This document shows positions 1 through 11,200 of a stretch of 64,000 nucleotides of DNA, in pieces. The notes beneath the pieces were generated by a model. It had not been told where the DNA came from, searched no databases, and saw only the letters and a program-made list of their open reading frames with translations. Where the stretch lies: positions 192,001 through 256,000 of the IMG/VR virus record IMGVR_UViG_3300049988_000286. One strand, 5' to 3'. The position numbers and the translations under genes are program-made. The stretch comes from a virus. Taxonomy: Duplodnaviria; Caudoviricetes. Each line of letters opens with the position of its first letter. The stretch's first letter is position 1.

Positions 1-2142
1 AAGCTAAAGGCCGTGAACCGCGTCTACAGCGGGCACTCGCGCTTCATCGACCTCAATGACCCCACCGCGACCTACACGGATGTGGTGGTCAACAGTGATG
101 ACGGAATGCTCTACCGCGAGACCGCCAACGTCTACGCAGAGGTGCCGTTGTCGCTCAACCGGACACCCGCCGAAATGATCTCTGCGCATTTGCAGCCGAT
201 CGTTCGCAGTCTCAATGTCCGCTCCTATGTCAATGATACCATCTTTGGGCGCGTATCTCGCGGAGCCAATAACCCCGACGTTGACATTCCGGCTGGCACA
301 AGCTGGAAGCGTTCCACCTCCGCGAAGTTTTCATCTTCGGGCGCGCTGTCGCATTCGAGCCTCTACTTCCGTGAAGGCTCGCAACTGAAGTTTGAATTGC
401 CCAACGGCGAGTTCCGCTGGGCAAGCATCGCGGTGCTGACCGACAATCCCACTACGATTGTGCCCGCCAATACGCGTGGACCCGTGACACTTTCAGAGGA
501 CATTCCGACTGGATCGCGTGTCGTCTCGCTCCTGCCGGGTTTCTCGTCTGAACTGCCAACAGAGACTTTCCTTGCCCTTGTTGCCCGCTTCGGTGCCGCG
601 AGCGCACGACGGGGCTTCTCGCTCTGGTTTGATCCCGAGCAGGATCGATGGTTGATCCGTGATGAAGTCACGCTACTGTCCGCCGCTGACAATACCAACG
701 ACGCCATCCATGTCCTTACCGCAGAGTTCTACGCGGGTAGCTTGTGGAAATTTGCTGCTCGGGGGACCAAGTATGTCTTCGAGTCGGAGCGTAAGGTGAA
801 GTGGTTCAGCGACTCCAACAATACCGTCGATAGTGAGACGGGTTTGAAAAAGAACGACACGGTGACCGTTCTTCGCAGCAATCCTGATCTTCGAGAGGAT
901 TATGCGGCGGATGGGCGCGGCATTGTTCGCGATCGTGCCTTCAACGTCTCTGCCCTCTACTATTACGGTGATGGCGCACAGGAGCCGCGCCGCGTTCAGG
1001 TTGACTTCACCGACGTGGACGGTGATGGTTCACCCGATGACCCGGAAGCGGTCAGCTTCATCACCGACTTGCCTGATTATCAAGGAACGCTGTTCTGGCA
1101 GCTTGGTGAGAGCTACGGGCAGCCGTGTTACAAACCGACGCGCGAGATCACCGTATTCGCCATGCCGTCGATCCGTTTCATCTCGCAAATCCCGCCAATC
1201 GTCCGCTTCCATCGCGGCGAGGGGGCGAGCGACATCGCATTTGCGTCGGGGGACATCTGCTATGTGGTGTCATTGGGCGACTTCTTCGAGCGTGTGAACG
1301 ATTCATGGCAGACCCTGCCGCGCCGTAACTTCCGCATCGCGAAGGGCCGGGGTGCCAACACGGCCAAGCGCTGGGTCGTCATCGACCCCTACCAGCGTGA
1401 CGATGACCGCGATGGTAATCCCGATGGCGGCGGTACCGTGTATCAGATCGCCTATTCCCGCGACGCCAATGAGGTTGCGGCACAGTATCGTTCCGCTGAT
1501 GAATTCCTCATCCGCGACGGTTCTCTGGCATTCAAGTGGAAGCACTATGCCCCGTCTGATCACCGTATCGATCCTGCGATCACGAACATCATCGACACCT
1601 TCGTCCTCTCTACCGAGTACGACTACGCGACGCGACTCTGGATCGCCAATGGTGCAAAGATCACCGATCTCCCCAAAGCTCCTACCGAACTTGATCTTCG
1701 TCTCACCTTTGCGGAATACGATCAGCAGAAGGTGTTCTCCGACCAGATTGTTTGGCGTCCGGTCAGTTACAAGCTGCTTTTCGGTAACGGTTCGGAACCA
1801 CAGAACCTGCGTGCCCGCTTCAAGGTGATCAAGCTGCCGATTTCCAATGTCGCCGATGGCGAGGTGAAGAGCCGCGTCATCGCTGCCGTGAATGAATTCT
1901 TTGCGGTATCGCGCTGGGATTTTGGTGAAACCTTCTATTTCACTGAACTTGCAGCATTCATCCACCAGCGACTTGCTGGTGTGATCGGTAGCGTAGTTAT
2001 CGTTCCAATGGATGAGGAGGCCAGCTTCGGTGAAGGCTTCGAGGTGCGTTGCCGCACCGATGAAATCTTCATCTCCACCGCGCAGGTGAGTGATGTTGAG
2101 ATCATTAACTCAAATACGACGAGCCAACTTCGTATCCGTTAA
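1..2142 (+). CDS. baseplate wedge protein (gp6-like), 5' end probably outside the window
   Basis: The frame is open from the window edge. C-terminus AVNEFFAVSRWDFGETFYFTELAAFIH...SFGEGFEVRCRTDEIFISTA is typical of jumbo-phage baseplate wedge proteins. Lies upstream of the giant wedge gene. Confidence 0.7.
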   Translation, partial: KLKAVNRVYSGHSRFIDLNDPTATYTDVVVNSDDGMLYRETANVYAEVPLSLNRTPAEMISAHLQPIVRSLNVRSYVNDTIFGRVSRGANNPDVDIPAGTSWKRSTSAKFSSSGALSHSSLYFREGSQLKFELPNGEFRWASIAVLTDNPTTIVPANTRGPVTLSEDIPTGSRVVSLLPGFSSELPTETFLALVARFGAASARRGFSLWFDPEQDRWLIRDEVTLLSAADNTNDAIHVLTAEFYAGSLWKFAARGTKYVFESERKVKWFSDSNNTVDSETGLKKNDTVTVLRSNPDLREDYAADGRGIVRDRAFNVSALYYYGDGAQEPRRVQVDFTDVDGDGSPDDPEAVSFITDLPDYQGTLFWQLGESYGQPCYKPTREITVFAMPSIRFISQIPPIVRFHRGEGASDIAFASGDICYVVSLGDFFERVNDSWQTLPRRNFRIAKGRGANTAKRWVVIDPYQRDDDRDGNPDGGGTVYQIAYSRDANEVAAQYRSADEFLIRDGSLAFKWKHYAPSDHRIDPAITNIIDTFVLSTEYDYATRLWIANGAKITDLPKAPTELDLRLTFAEYDQQKVFSDQIVWRPVSYKLLFGNGSEPQNLRARFKVIKLPISNVADGEVKSRVIAAVNEFFAVSRWDFGETFYFTELAAFIHQRLAGVIGSVVIVPMDEEASFGEGFEVRCRTDEIFISTAQVSDVEIINSNTTSQLRIR

Positions 2143-2171
2143 TTGAACGAACTGTGCGATTGCTATATAAT
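2143..2171 (+). promoter_or_regulatory. sigma70-type promoter TTGAAC-N17-TATAAT
   Basis: TTGAAC at 2143-2148, 17-nt spacer, TATAAT at 2166-2171, in the intergenic gap. Confidence 0.55.
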
Positions 2172-2202
2172 GGTAGAGCCTATTAAGTGTAGGCTTTACC
2201 AT
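2170..2202 (+). terminator. 13-bp stem-loop (terminator or operator-like inverted repeat)
   Basis: ATGGTAGAGCCTA-TTAAGTG-TAGGCTTTACCAT, with one G.U pair. Confidence 0.5.
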
Positions 2203-2207
2203 CTCTC

Positions 2208-2213
2208 TAAATA
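2208..2213 (+). promoter_or_regulatory. late promoter TAAATA
   Basis: T4 TATAAATA-like core 28 nt upstream of the giant structural gene; the motif recurs upstream of structural genes throughout the window. Confidence 0.7.
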
Positions 2214-2241
2214 AACCTAGAGACACAGTATAGCGAGAATC

Positions 2242-5200
2242 ATGAAGCGTCGTCCTATCACGCAGCTACCGGCTGTTCACCAAACCGATCCCCTCAAGCG
2301 GTTCTTCGGAGCCACGGTGGATCATCTTTTCCAGCCCGGCAACGCTGTGCCAATCAGCGGCTACATCGGCCATGTGCCGGAGTACAACGACGCGTCCAAG
2401 GATTTCTACAAAGTAGAGCCTAATGCCGCTCGCACCAAGTATCAGCTTGAACCAACAATGGTCTCACAGGCGGAGGACAAGTCGCTCTCCGCGATCCTCT
2501 TCTATGACGATCTGGTTAGCCGCCTCTCTGCCGTTGGTGCTCTTGTGTCCAACACCGATCGTCTGTTCAAGTCCGAGTATTGGACGTGGGCACCCCCGGT
2601 CGATATCGACAAGATCAACAACTCGCAATACTACTACTGGTCCAGCGACAGCGTTCCGGCGCTCAAGATGACGCTCCCCGGCGTCGAGCTTCCGGTCACC
2701 TATCAGGGCGACGGCAGCACTAATCGATTTGCGCTTCCGCCGTCTCTCCCGCGCCGTCGCATCCTTCCCGCTGACCAGATCACCGTAGAGGGTGAAATTT
2801 TCGACGGATCACCCCGTGTGCTCGTTAATGGTCGCAGCGTGCCGTTTACGCTCGACGGGCAGGACATCGTGCTCGCCACGACGCCTCTTACCGGTATCCC
2901 GATCGAGGTCTACCGCTATGGCAGCCTCGGTAATGGTAGCCGCACGAACTTTGCCATCCCGTTGATCTACGATGATAGCGTGTCTTTCTCCGCGTCCGAC
3001 ATCCATGTGTTCGTCGGAGGTCGCGAAACCAAAGCATTCACCATCTCCGGGAACGCGATTGTGCTCGCCGTTGCCCCGGCGGGTGACATCGAGGTTTCTG
3101 TCACGATCTTCTCTGACATCAGAGAGGCTCTCTCGCGGGCAAGTCACACCGTTGACATCTCCTCCCTGAACGCCGCTGGCGTGAAGAAACTCGTAGATGG
3201 CCTCAAGATCGAGGCTATCGATCCGACGCGCTGGGCATTCGGTTTCGAGACCAAAACCTTCTCGACTCACAAGTGGGATGAGCAGAACCCTGCGGTATTC
3301 TACGTGGATGGTGTGGGACAGACTTTGATCTTCACACCAGAGAGCGAGATGCTCGACATCGCCGACCCTTTCTACGCGGTTGTGTCACGCGAGCATCGCG
3401 CAGGATCGTTCTTCTCCCGTGCAAACCGCTGGGTTGCGCGCGAAGCCCTTGCGTGGTGCGAAGGTGCCACCACGGAGCGTCAGGCCAATCGGCCGATCTG
3501 TGAGTTTCGCGGTGATCTGAAGCTCTTCAACTACGGGACGCAGCGTGCTCCGGTGGCAGATGCCACGGTGGGTGTTTTCTCGCGCGTGACCAACTTCACG
3601 TTCTCGACGCACTCCGACGACGCTGGTCGCCCGATCAACGCTGGAGATATCGTCCTGATTGGCTCGGTCGGGCAGTCGTTCGATAACAAGTTCGTCGTCT
3701 GGCCCACGGTGGATGATCTGGCACCTGCCTTCGTCGGCACCCCGGATATCGTCCATACTGCCGTCATCGGTGATGTCTTTGTCAATGCTAAGACGAACAT
3801 CGAATATCGCTTTGCCGGTGATGCTTGGCTGCCGTGTGCCGTTCCCGGCGATCGACCCCTGTTCGATCTCTTTGACCAGAATGGTATTTCGATCGGCGAT
3901 GAAGCCGAGTATCCGGAAACAACATTCAACGGTTCGGCGATCTTCGGCTTCGAAGTCGGCGATGGGGTCAACGATGTTGTGCTTGGCTTCCCGGTGAACT
4001 ATGACACCTACGGTCAGATCATTTTCGAGAATTTTCTCTACACACAGCGGTACCGCTACCGTGATGGTGACATCACCGGCTATTACTTCTATCAGCAGGA
4101 CGGAGTTTTCCGCAACCAGTGGTATAAGGCGAAGGGTGTGCTTGCCGCACCGGGGAGCAGCACCGACATCACAGTCCCCCTCAACCTACAGGCAAACCCC
4201 AACTTCGGTACCCCAACGCTGATTTCGCGCAACAACTGGTTCAAGCATTTCTCGTCTATTAGCGAGAACCAGATTGGCTTTTCCGGACAGGTGTTCGCTG
4301 ATAATAACTGGTCAACCACCGACCGTGACTTGAGCGTCGGAACGGAGATCATTCAGGCCCGCTCTCCCCTCCTCAAGCTGATGATGCTGATGACGGAACA
4401 GGCATTCGATCCCGTTGCAGTAATCAAATATGTCGAGTCGGAGTACAGTCGCTTCAAGCTGAAAGTCCATCAGAAGATTCGGGATCGTATCAATGGTGGC
4501 CTTCTCACTGGCGCGTCGGATTTCACCGCTGCTGCTCGCGAAATCCTCGCAAGCCTTGGTGCGAATAAAACGCCCGATTTTGCGTTCTTCCTTTCGCGCA
4601 TCGCGGGCGGTACCTATTTCATCCCCGCCACCCCGGCAACGATGTCCATCACGCCGATGGTCAAGCCGACGATTATCTCCGAGAATGGCATCGCCTTCAT
4701 CGTTGGGCACGACGGTTCGCGCACGGGTGCTACCGATGCGATCACCGATGGCGTCGTGCTGGCGATCGAGCAACTGATCTTCAACAGCCGCGCGAACGAG
4801 GCGTATCATAGCGAGCTTCGTCCCATCCTTGACGAGTATGACCTCATCAGTGGTCAGTATCGCGTCGCAGACTACTCGCGCGATGAAGTCAACGTCATTA
4901 TGCAAGCCAGTTTTGAGGAGTGGGCGCGAGTCAACAACGCCGACTACCTATCAAACCTCTTGCACGATCCAGCCAATCCCTTCACGTGGAACTACGGCTC
5001 GATCGCGGATCGCAACGGAGCCAGTCTTCCCGGTAACTGGCGTGCAATCTATCGCCACTATTTCGACACCGAGACGCCCCACCTTACGCCGTGGGAGATG
5101 GTTGGCTTCGCGGAGCGTCCGACATGGTGGAACGCCCGCTACGGCGTGGCACCCTATACCCGCCTCAACACGCTTCTGTGGCAGGATATGGAAGCAGGGC

Positions 5201-8200
5201 GTATCGCCTCTGGACCACGCGCCGGGTTGGATACTCGATTTGCGCGTCCCGACCTCCTGTCGGTATTGCCAATCGACATCAACGGTAATCTCCTTGATCC
5301 CGTCGCGGCACGCATCGTCCCCAACGCGCCGTCGATTCAGTTCGCGCAGGAGAGTTGGGTGTTCGGCGACGGTGGACCGATCGAGAACCTGTGGCGGCGC
5401 TCGTCGTCGTTCGGCTTCGCCAAGGCACTCGCCCTCTTCCTGATGCGCCCCGCGCAGTTCGTTGAGGATTATTGGGACACCGACGAGCGTGCGATCGTGC
5501 ATGGCGATCAGTGGGTTGATCTTCCCGCCGGTCGGCGCGTCGCCTCATCGGAGTTGACCGTCCACGGTGAATTCGATGCCGCTGGTGTAGCGAAGGTCTC
5601 GTTCGGCATCCAGAACTGGATCGTCGAATACCTGATCAATCGTGGTCAGACGCCCGCGCGCCTCGGCACGCTCATTCGTGGCCTCGACGTGCGTCTCGCA
5701 CACAAGATGGCGGGCTTCACCACGACTGATCGTCTGACCATCTCTGCGGAGAGTTTCGGCCTCGTGCCGCCGGAGGATGTCGCGATCGAGTTGTATCAGT
5801 CGCCCGGTCTGACCAGCGATTACTACTCTGGCATCATCATCGAAAATCTGTCACCATCGCGGTGGCGTATATTCGGCTATAACTCGTCCGACCCTTACTT
5901 TGACATCGAGGCAAGTGATCGCGCGGGCCGTAAGCTGTTGCTTACCGGCGTCCCAGAGCGCGTGGTCAACGACTGGCGTCCGAGCGTCTACTACAAGACC
6001 GGGATGCTAGTGCTTCACCTCGGTGTGGTCTATGAAGCCAAGCGGAACCACACCTCGGGCCAGATTTTCGAGAATCTGTATTGGGAGCAGGATGAAGTCA
6101 ACACTCTCGCAGACGAGAAGCTATACGAGTATCTTGAGGGTAACGGACATGAGTCGCGAGTCCCCTACGCGAGCGTAGTTAACAATCGACAGGACGTTCT
6201 CGACTTCCTCTTCTCATACGCTCGAACACTGGCCAAGCGAGGCTTTGTGTTTGATGAAGGGACTTGGCAGGAAGCCGCGCAGCAGTTCATCACTTGGTCG
6301 AAGATTCGTTGGTCGAAGGGTTCTTTCATCACTCTGTCGCCGGGCGCACGCTCGATCAAGTTCTCGGCTCCGCAGGGCTATGTGCTCAATCTCGAAGGAC
6401 CAACTGCACTGGGGGGTATTCTCAACCGCACCGGGCATGTCATCGATCAGCGCAAGACTAAGATCGACCGTCTCGATGACGAACTCGTCATTACCGCTGA
6501 TGGCGATGACATCTATGGTGTATCGCTGCGTAAATCAGAGATCGAGCACGTCATCGTGTTCTCTAACCGCACGATCTTTGACGATCTGATCTACGATCCC
6601 GTGTTGAACATCCGCCAAACGCGCCTCAAAATGAGTGCTCGCCGTACCACGGAGTGGAACGGTCGTTACGATGCACCGGGGTTTATCATCTCCCAAGGAC
6701 AGATCGTCAACAATTTCGATAAGTCTGCGGAAGACCTTCGATACATGTTCGATATTGAACTCGCGGACAACACCGTCTTGCGCGATCATGCCCGTCATAC
6801 CATTGGTTTTCAGAAGCGCGACTACTTGAGCCGTCTGCTCCTGAACGAGACGCAACAGTTTGAACTATATCAGGGAATGATCCAGCAGAAGGGTGCTCGT
6901 GGGGCCTTGAACAAGATCGTGAGATCGCGGGCCGTCGAGGGCAATCGTGATCTGACGTTCCTTGAGGAATGGGCTTTCCGCATTGGTGAGTTCGGTTCCT
7001 ATGAGCCGCGCGCCTATCTCGAAATGGCCTTGAATGCCCGTGATATGCGGCGTGAGCAGCAAGTCGTTCATCTCGGTTCCAATCTCGGGAACGAGAGTGA
7101 CAATATCATCTCGCTGATCAACGAGGATTCGCGCTGGATTGATCGACCGGTTAACTTCAATGAACTAACCGTTGGCGATGAGGTCATCTATGGTCTCCCG
7201 AACGCGGGATATTGCCGCACCAGCGACGCCGATCATCACGCCGCCACCATGCCGCTGTTTGCCGCCAAGGCCTTCGATAAGCTTCAGGCGGGTGGATCGT
7301 TCCGCGCCGGAGAGAGCATTTGGCTCTATGATCACAACAACACGGGGTGGGCTTTCTTCTATCTCGTCGGTGAGAAGCGCATTACCTTGATCGAAACCGC
7401 CGAATCAAATGGTGAAGTCGTCGGAACGCGCCTCGTGCTCGGCACCGATCACGGTCTCGTAGCCGGTGACACCATTTTGATCAATGGACCCGCTGGTGAT
7501 AACTTCGCGGCGGCGGGCGTTTATCAGATTGCGGATGCGGGTATCGATTACATCGAGATCGATAACGAGGAAAATGCCAGCAGCCCGTATGATTTTGCCC
7601 AGCGTGGCGAAGAGGGTCCGCTCGTATTCCGCCTTACGACGGCACGTTTCCCCAACCGAGCAGCAGCACTTCTCGCCGATCGCGCTGTCCCTCTCCTGTT
7701 CGTCGATGACAACGGTCAGGGCAAGTGGTCGGTGCTGACTCGCGTGTTCCTTGAGCCGTTGATTGTGCCCATCGATCTCAACAATCCCCTCGGGCCGACC
7801 AAGATCGTGCCCCAGCCCCCGCAGGTGATCATCGCCCGTGAGCAGCCCCGGATGATGAACTCCGCGCGAATCGCGTCGGCGCTGATCTACGACCGCAATA
7901 CGGCGGTGACTGCGAACAGCATCAAGGCACAGCCCGTGACGCTGGCGCGCATCACCCCGATCGATCCGATGGTGGGCTGCATTTCCGGCATCGCCGATCG
8001 TGAGATCACCTACAAGCTTGAGTACGACCCCGCCGCCTATGCGGAAGATGGCAATCTGTGGACAGACGCGCATGTCGGGCAACTCTGGTGGGACATGTCA
8101 ACCACATGGTTCATCAACCCCTACACCGATCTGACACCGGCTAACGACGAGGCGCGTTACATCGCGGAGTTGCAGTATCGGGCGAACAACTGGTCGCGCC

Positions 8201-11200
8201 TCGCACCGGGGACCGAAATCGACATCTATGAGTGGACGCGCAGTGATGTGCCGCCCTCGTCGTTCGTCGGTGAGGTTCATCCCTCTGGTCAGTACACGAC
8301 GGCGCAGATCGACAATGCTGCATTGGGCAAGGTAGTGACGGAATACTACTTCTGGGTCAAGAATCCAATCGCTACCCCGGCCGTTGCTGGCCGCACCTTG
8401 GATGCACAATCGTGCGCAGACATCATCGCGAACCCGAGCGCAGCCGGTCTACCTTGGACCGCTTTGCTCTCGCCATTTGATTTCGTCATCTCCACGGTTC
8501 GTGACCGACTCACCGATGACTCGACGGTGTTGCAGCTACAGTTGCAACTCACCAACGAGGACGAGGATATCCCGCACAGACAGTGGGTCATGCTCCGCCC
8601 CGGCGATCAGACTTCACTGCCAAGCGCACAGCTTTGGAACAAGCTTCGCGATTCGCTGGTGGGTATCGATGACAACTTTGCCGCCGTGCCTAATCCAAGG
8701 CTGCATCAACAGTCTCGCACTGGTATCGCGGCCGGTCAGAGCATGTTTGACGCGGATAAGCGCAAGGATGCCCGCCGTTCCTTCATCACGCTGATCAATT
8801 ACCAATTGGGTAAGCGCGACTTCGGCGGAAGTCGTTCGTTCGCAGAGACGGTCTTTGACACCACAACGGCTCCGCCTTCGAAGCTAATCTGGTCGGCTAA
8901 TGGCTATTCCGAAACTCTCGCTTTCTTGCCCCCCAAGGCGTTCTACGACGTTGCTACAAGCGATCAGGCAGAATTTGAGGAACTCGTCAATAGCCAGTCG
9001 CAGCCGGGTCGTCGCGTGTTGTTTGACAACCGCTACTCCGCTAACCCGAGTTGGAGCGTGTGGCGCAAGTCGAATAACAAGATCGATCTCGTTCCCATGT
9101 TCGACTACACGGTTGACAAGATCACTGATCTCGCGCGGCTCGGTGGTGGTGCGATCCCGAATAACCGTTTTGTCCTCGTGCGTGAGAACGCCGAATACAA
9201 CGGCTTCTGGACCGTGCATCGCTATCTCAATGGCGCATTCTCGATCGTTGCAGCGCAACAACTCGACACGACCGGCTTCTGGGAGTTCAACGATTGGTAT
9301 AGCGGTGATTATACCGCAGAAGACGAACCGGTCATCACATACGCCGATGTGGCGGCGCGCGATCGTGCAGAAAGCCCGGTGAGCAACCGCTACGTGAAGG
9401 TGCTCGACGACGGCTCCGGATACTGGATTTGGACGGTGTTCATCGATGATGCGTGGCAGGTTGTCGCTCGCCAGTCTGGCACTATTCAGTTGAGCGAACG
9501 CTTCTTGGAAGATCGTCCCCTCTACGGTTGGGCCAATGGCGAGGCGTCGTTCGACAAGGTGGTGCGCGAGCGCGACGGCACACTGGAGCTTCGTGAGATG
9601 ATCGGTGCCATCTTGGACAATCTTCTCTCCAATGCGGAGAAGAACGAATTGTGGTTCTCGATGGTCAACTTCGTTCATGCGCATCATGATCAGGTCGATT
9701 GGGCGTTCAAGACCAGCTTCCTTTCGGTGGCGGGCTTCAACGAGAAGCTTACAACGGCTCCGATTGCGGCGGCGGACAACACACCGCACATCTTGTCTTA
9801 CATCGATGAAGTCAAGCCGTATCGAGTCACGGTTCGTGACTTCGCCCGGAGCCTCCGCCCTGATCTTGAATCGTTCACGATGGGTGCGACGGACTTCGAC
9901 AAACCCGTCTATTACGATCCGGCGACGATGGGCTTCCGCGTCCTCGATGAAGAGCGCGTGGACGACATTGCGATTATGGAGAAGGGGGTTTGGTCACATT
10001 GGCTTCACAACGTTGATCTCCGTCGCAACATGCGCATCAAGCTGGTGTTTGACCGCGTATGGTTCGAGGATGCTCTCGATGCCGGTGCCGCTCACCGCAT
10101 CACGCAGTTCTACCAGCCCACCGCTGGGATGAAGCCGCTTGATCTTCGGGCGTTGCTCGACCTCGACTTCAAGGGAACCACCCTGTCGGGTTCGACCTTT
10201 GCTAGCACGATCTCCGATAGCGTTGTTGGCGACCACACCGCAGAGACCACCAACGGACCTGACGGGTTTGCGATGCTTGACCCACGCGTTGCCCCTGACA
10301 CGCCGGAGGAATTGGTCCGCATGGGCGCGCACGACATCCTCCTGATGCAGGTGGACGATCGTTGGGGCGCTGGTGCCCCGAAACAATTCGTCCGCAGCTA
10401 TGATGTCGCCAAGGAGCGTCGCAATAAGGTCAAGCTGCCTATCGGCTGTGTGGCCCGCTCCGTGATCGTGTTCTTCGATGGTGTTCGCGGCGTTCCCGGC
10501 GTTGATTACCTTGTTGATCTACTCGCCAATGAGCTTACCGAAGTGCTGGTCAAGCGCGGCACCCAGCGCACCAAGACGGTAGTTGTTCACGCCTTTGGAC
10601 ATGCGGGACACCGCCCGATCATCGATCAGGTGTTCACCACGGCGACAGCGGGCAGCAATCAGGTCACCATCCCTGCGTTGGTGCTCGAAGAAAGCGCCTT
10701 CTCGTTCGAGGTGCTGCGTAACGGATCGTTCCTGTCGGCTACCCGTGTCGGAAACAAGGTGGCCTTCAATGCACAGGCGGGTGAGCAGATCATCGTCACG
10801 TTCTACCGTGGCGCGGTGCTTGCCGCGACCCGCATGGTAGTGCTCGATCTGACGAACACAAGCGGGACCGACTTCCAAGCCACCCTCCCAGCGGCGGCAC
10901 GATCCTTCAATCGACCCCTCATTTCTTCGATGATGATCGAGGTTGATGGTCGCCGCCTTGCCCCGCCGACGATGTTCTGGATGACCAATCAGCGCTTCCA
11001 GTTCCGCGCCGAATGGCCAACCGCTAGTGCGATTCGCGTTGTCGATGACACTGGCAATTCGTCATCCGTGGTAGCGATGAGCAAGAACAACCTTGCAGAT
11101 GCAGAGGCGGTTCTCGCCACCAACCCGGCGGCACGCTTCACGCTTTGGGAGGGTCATTTGATCATTACCGATGCGGATGCGGATTCGCGCACCTACGCGG

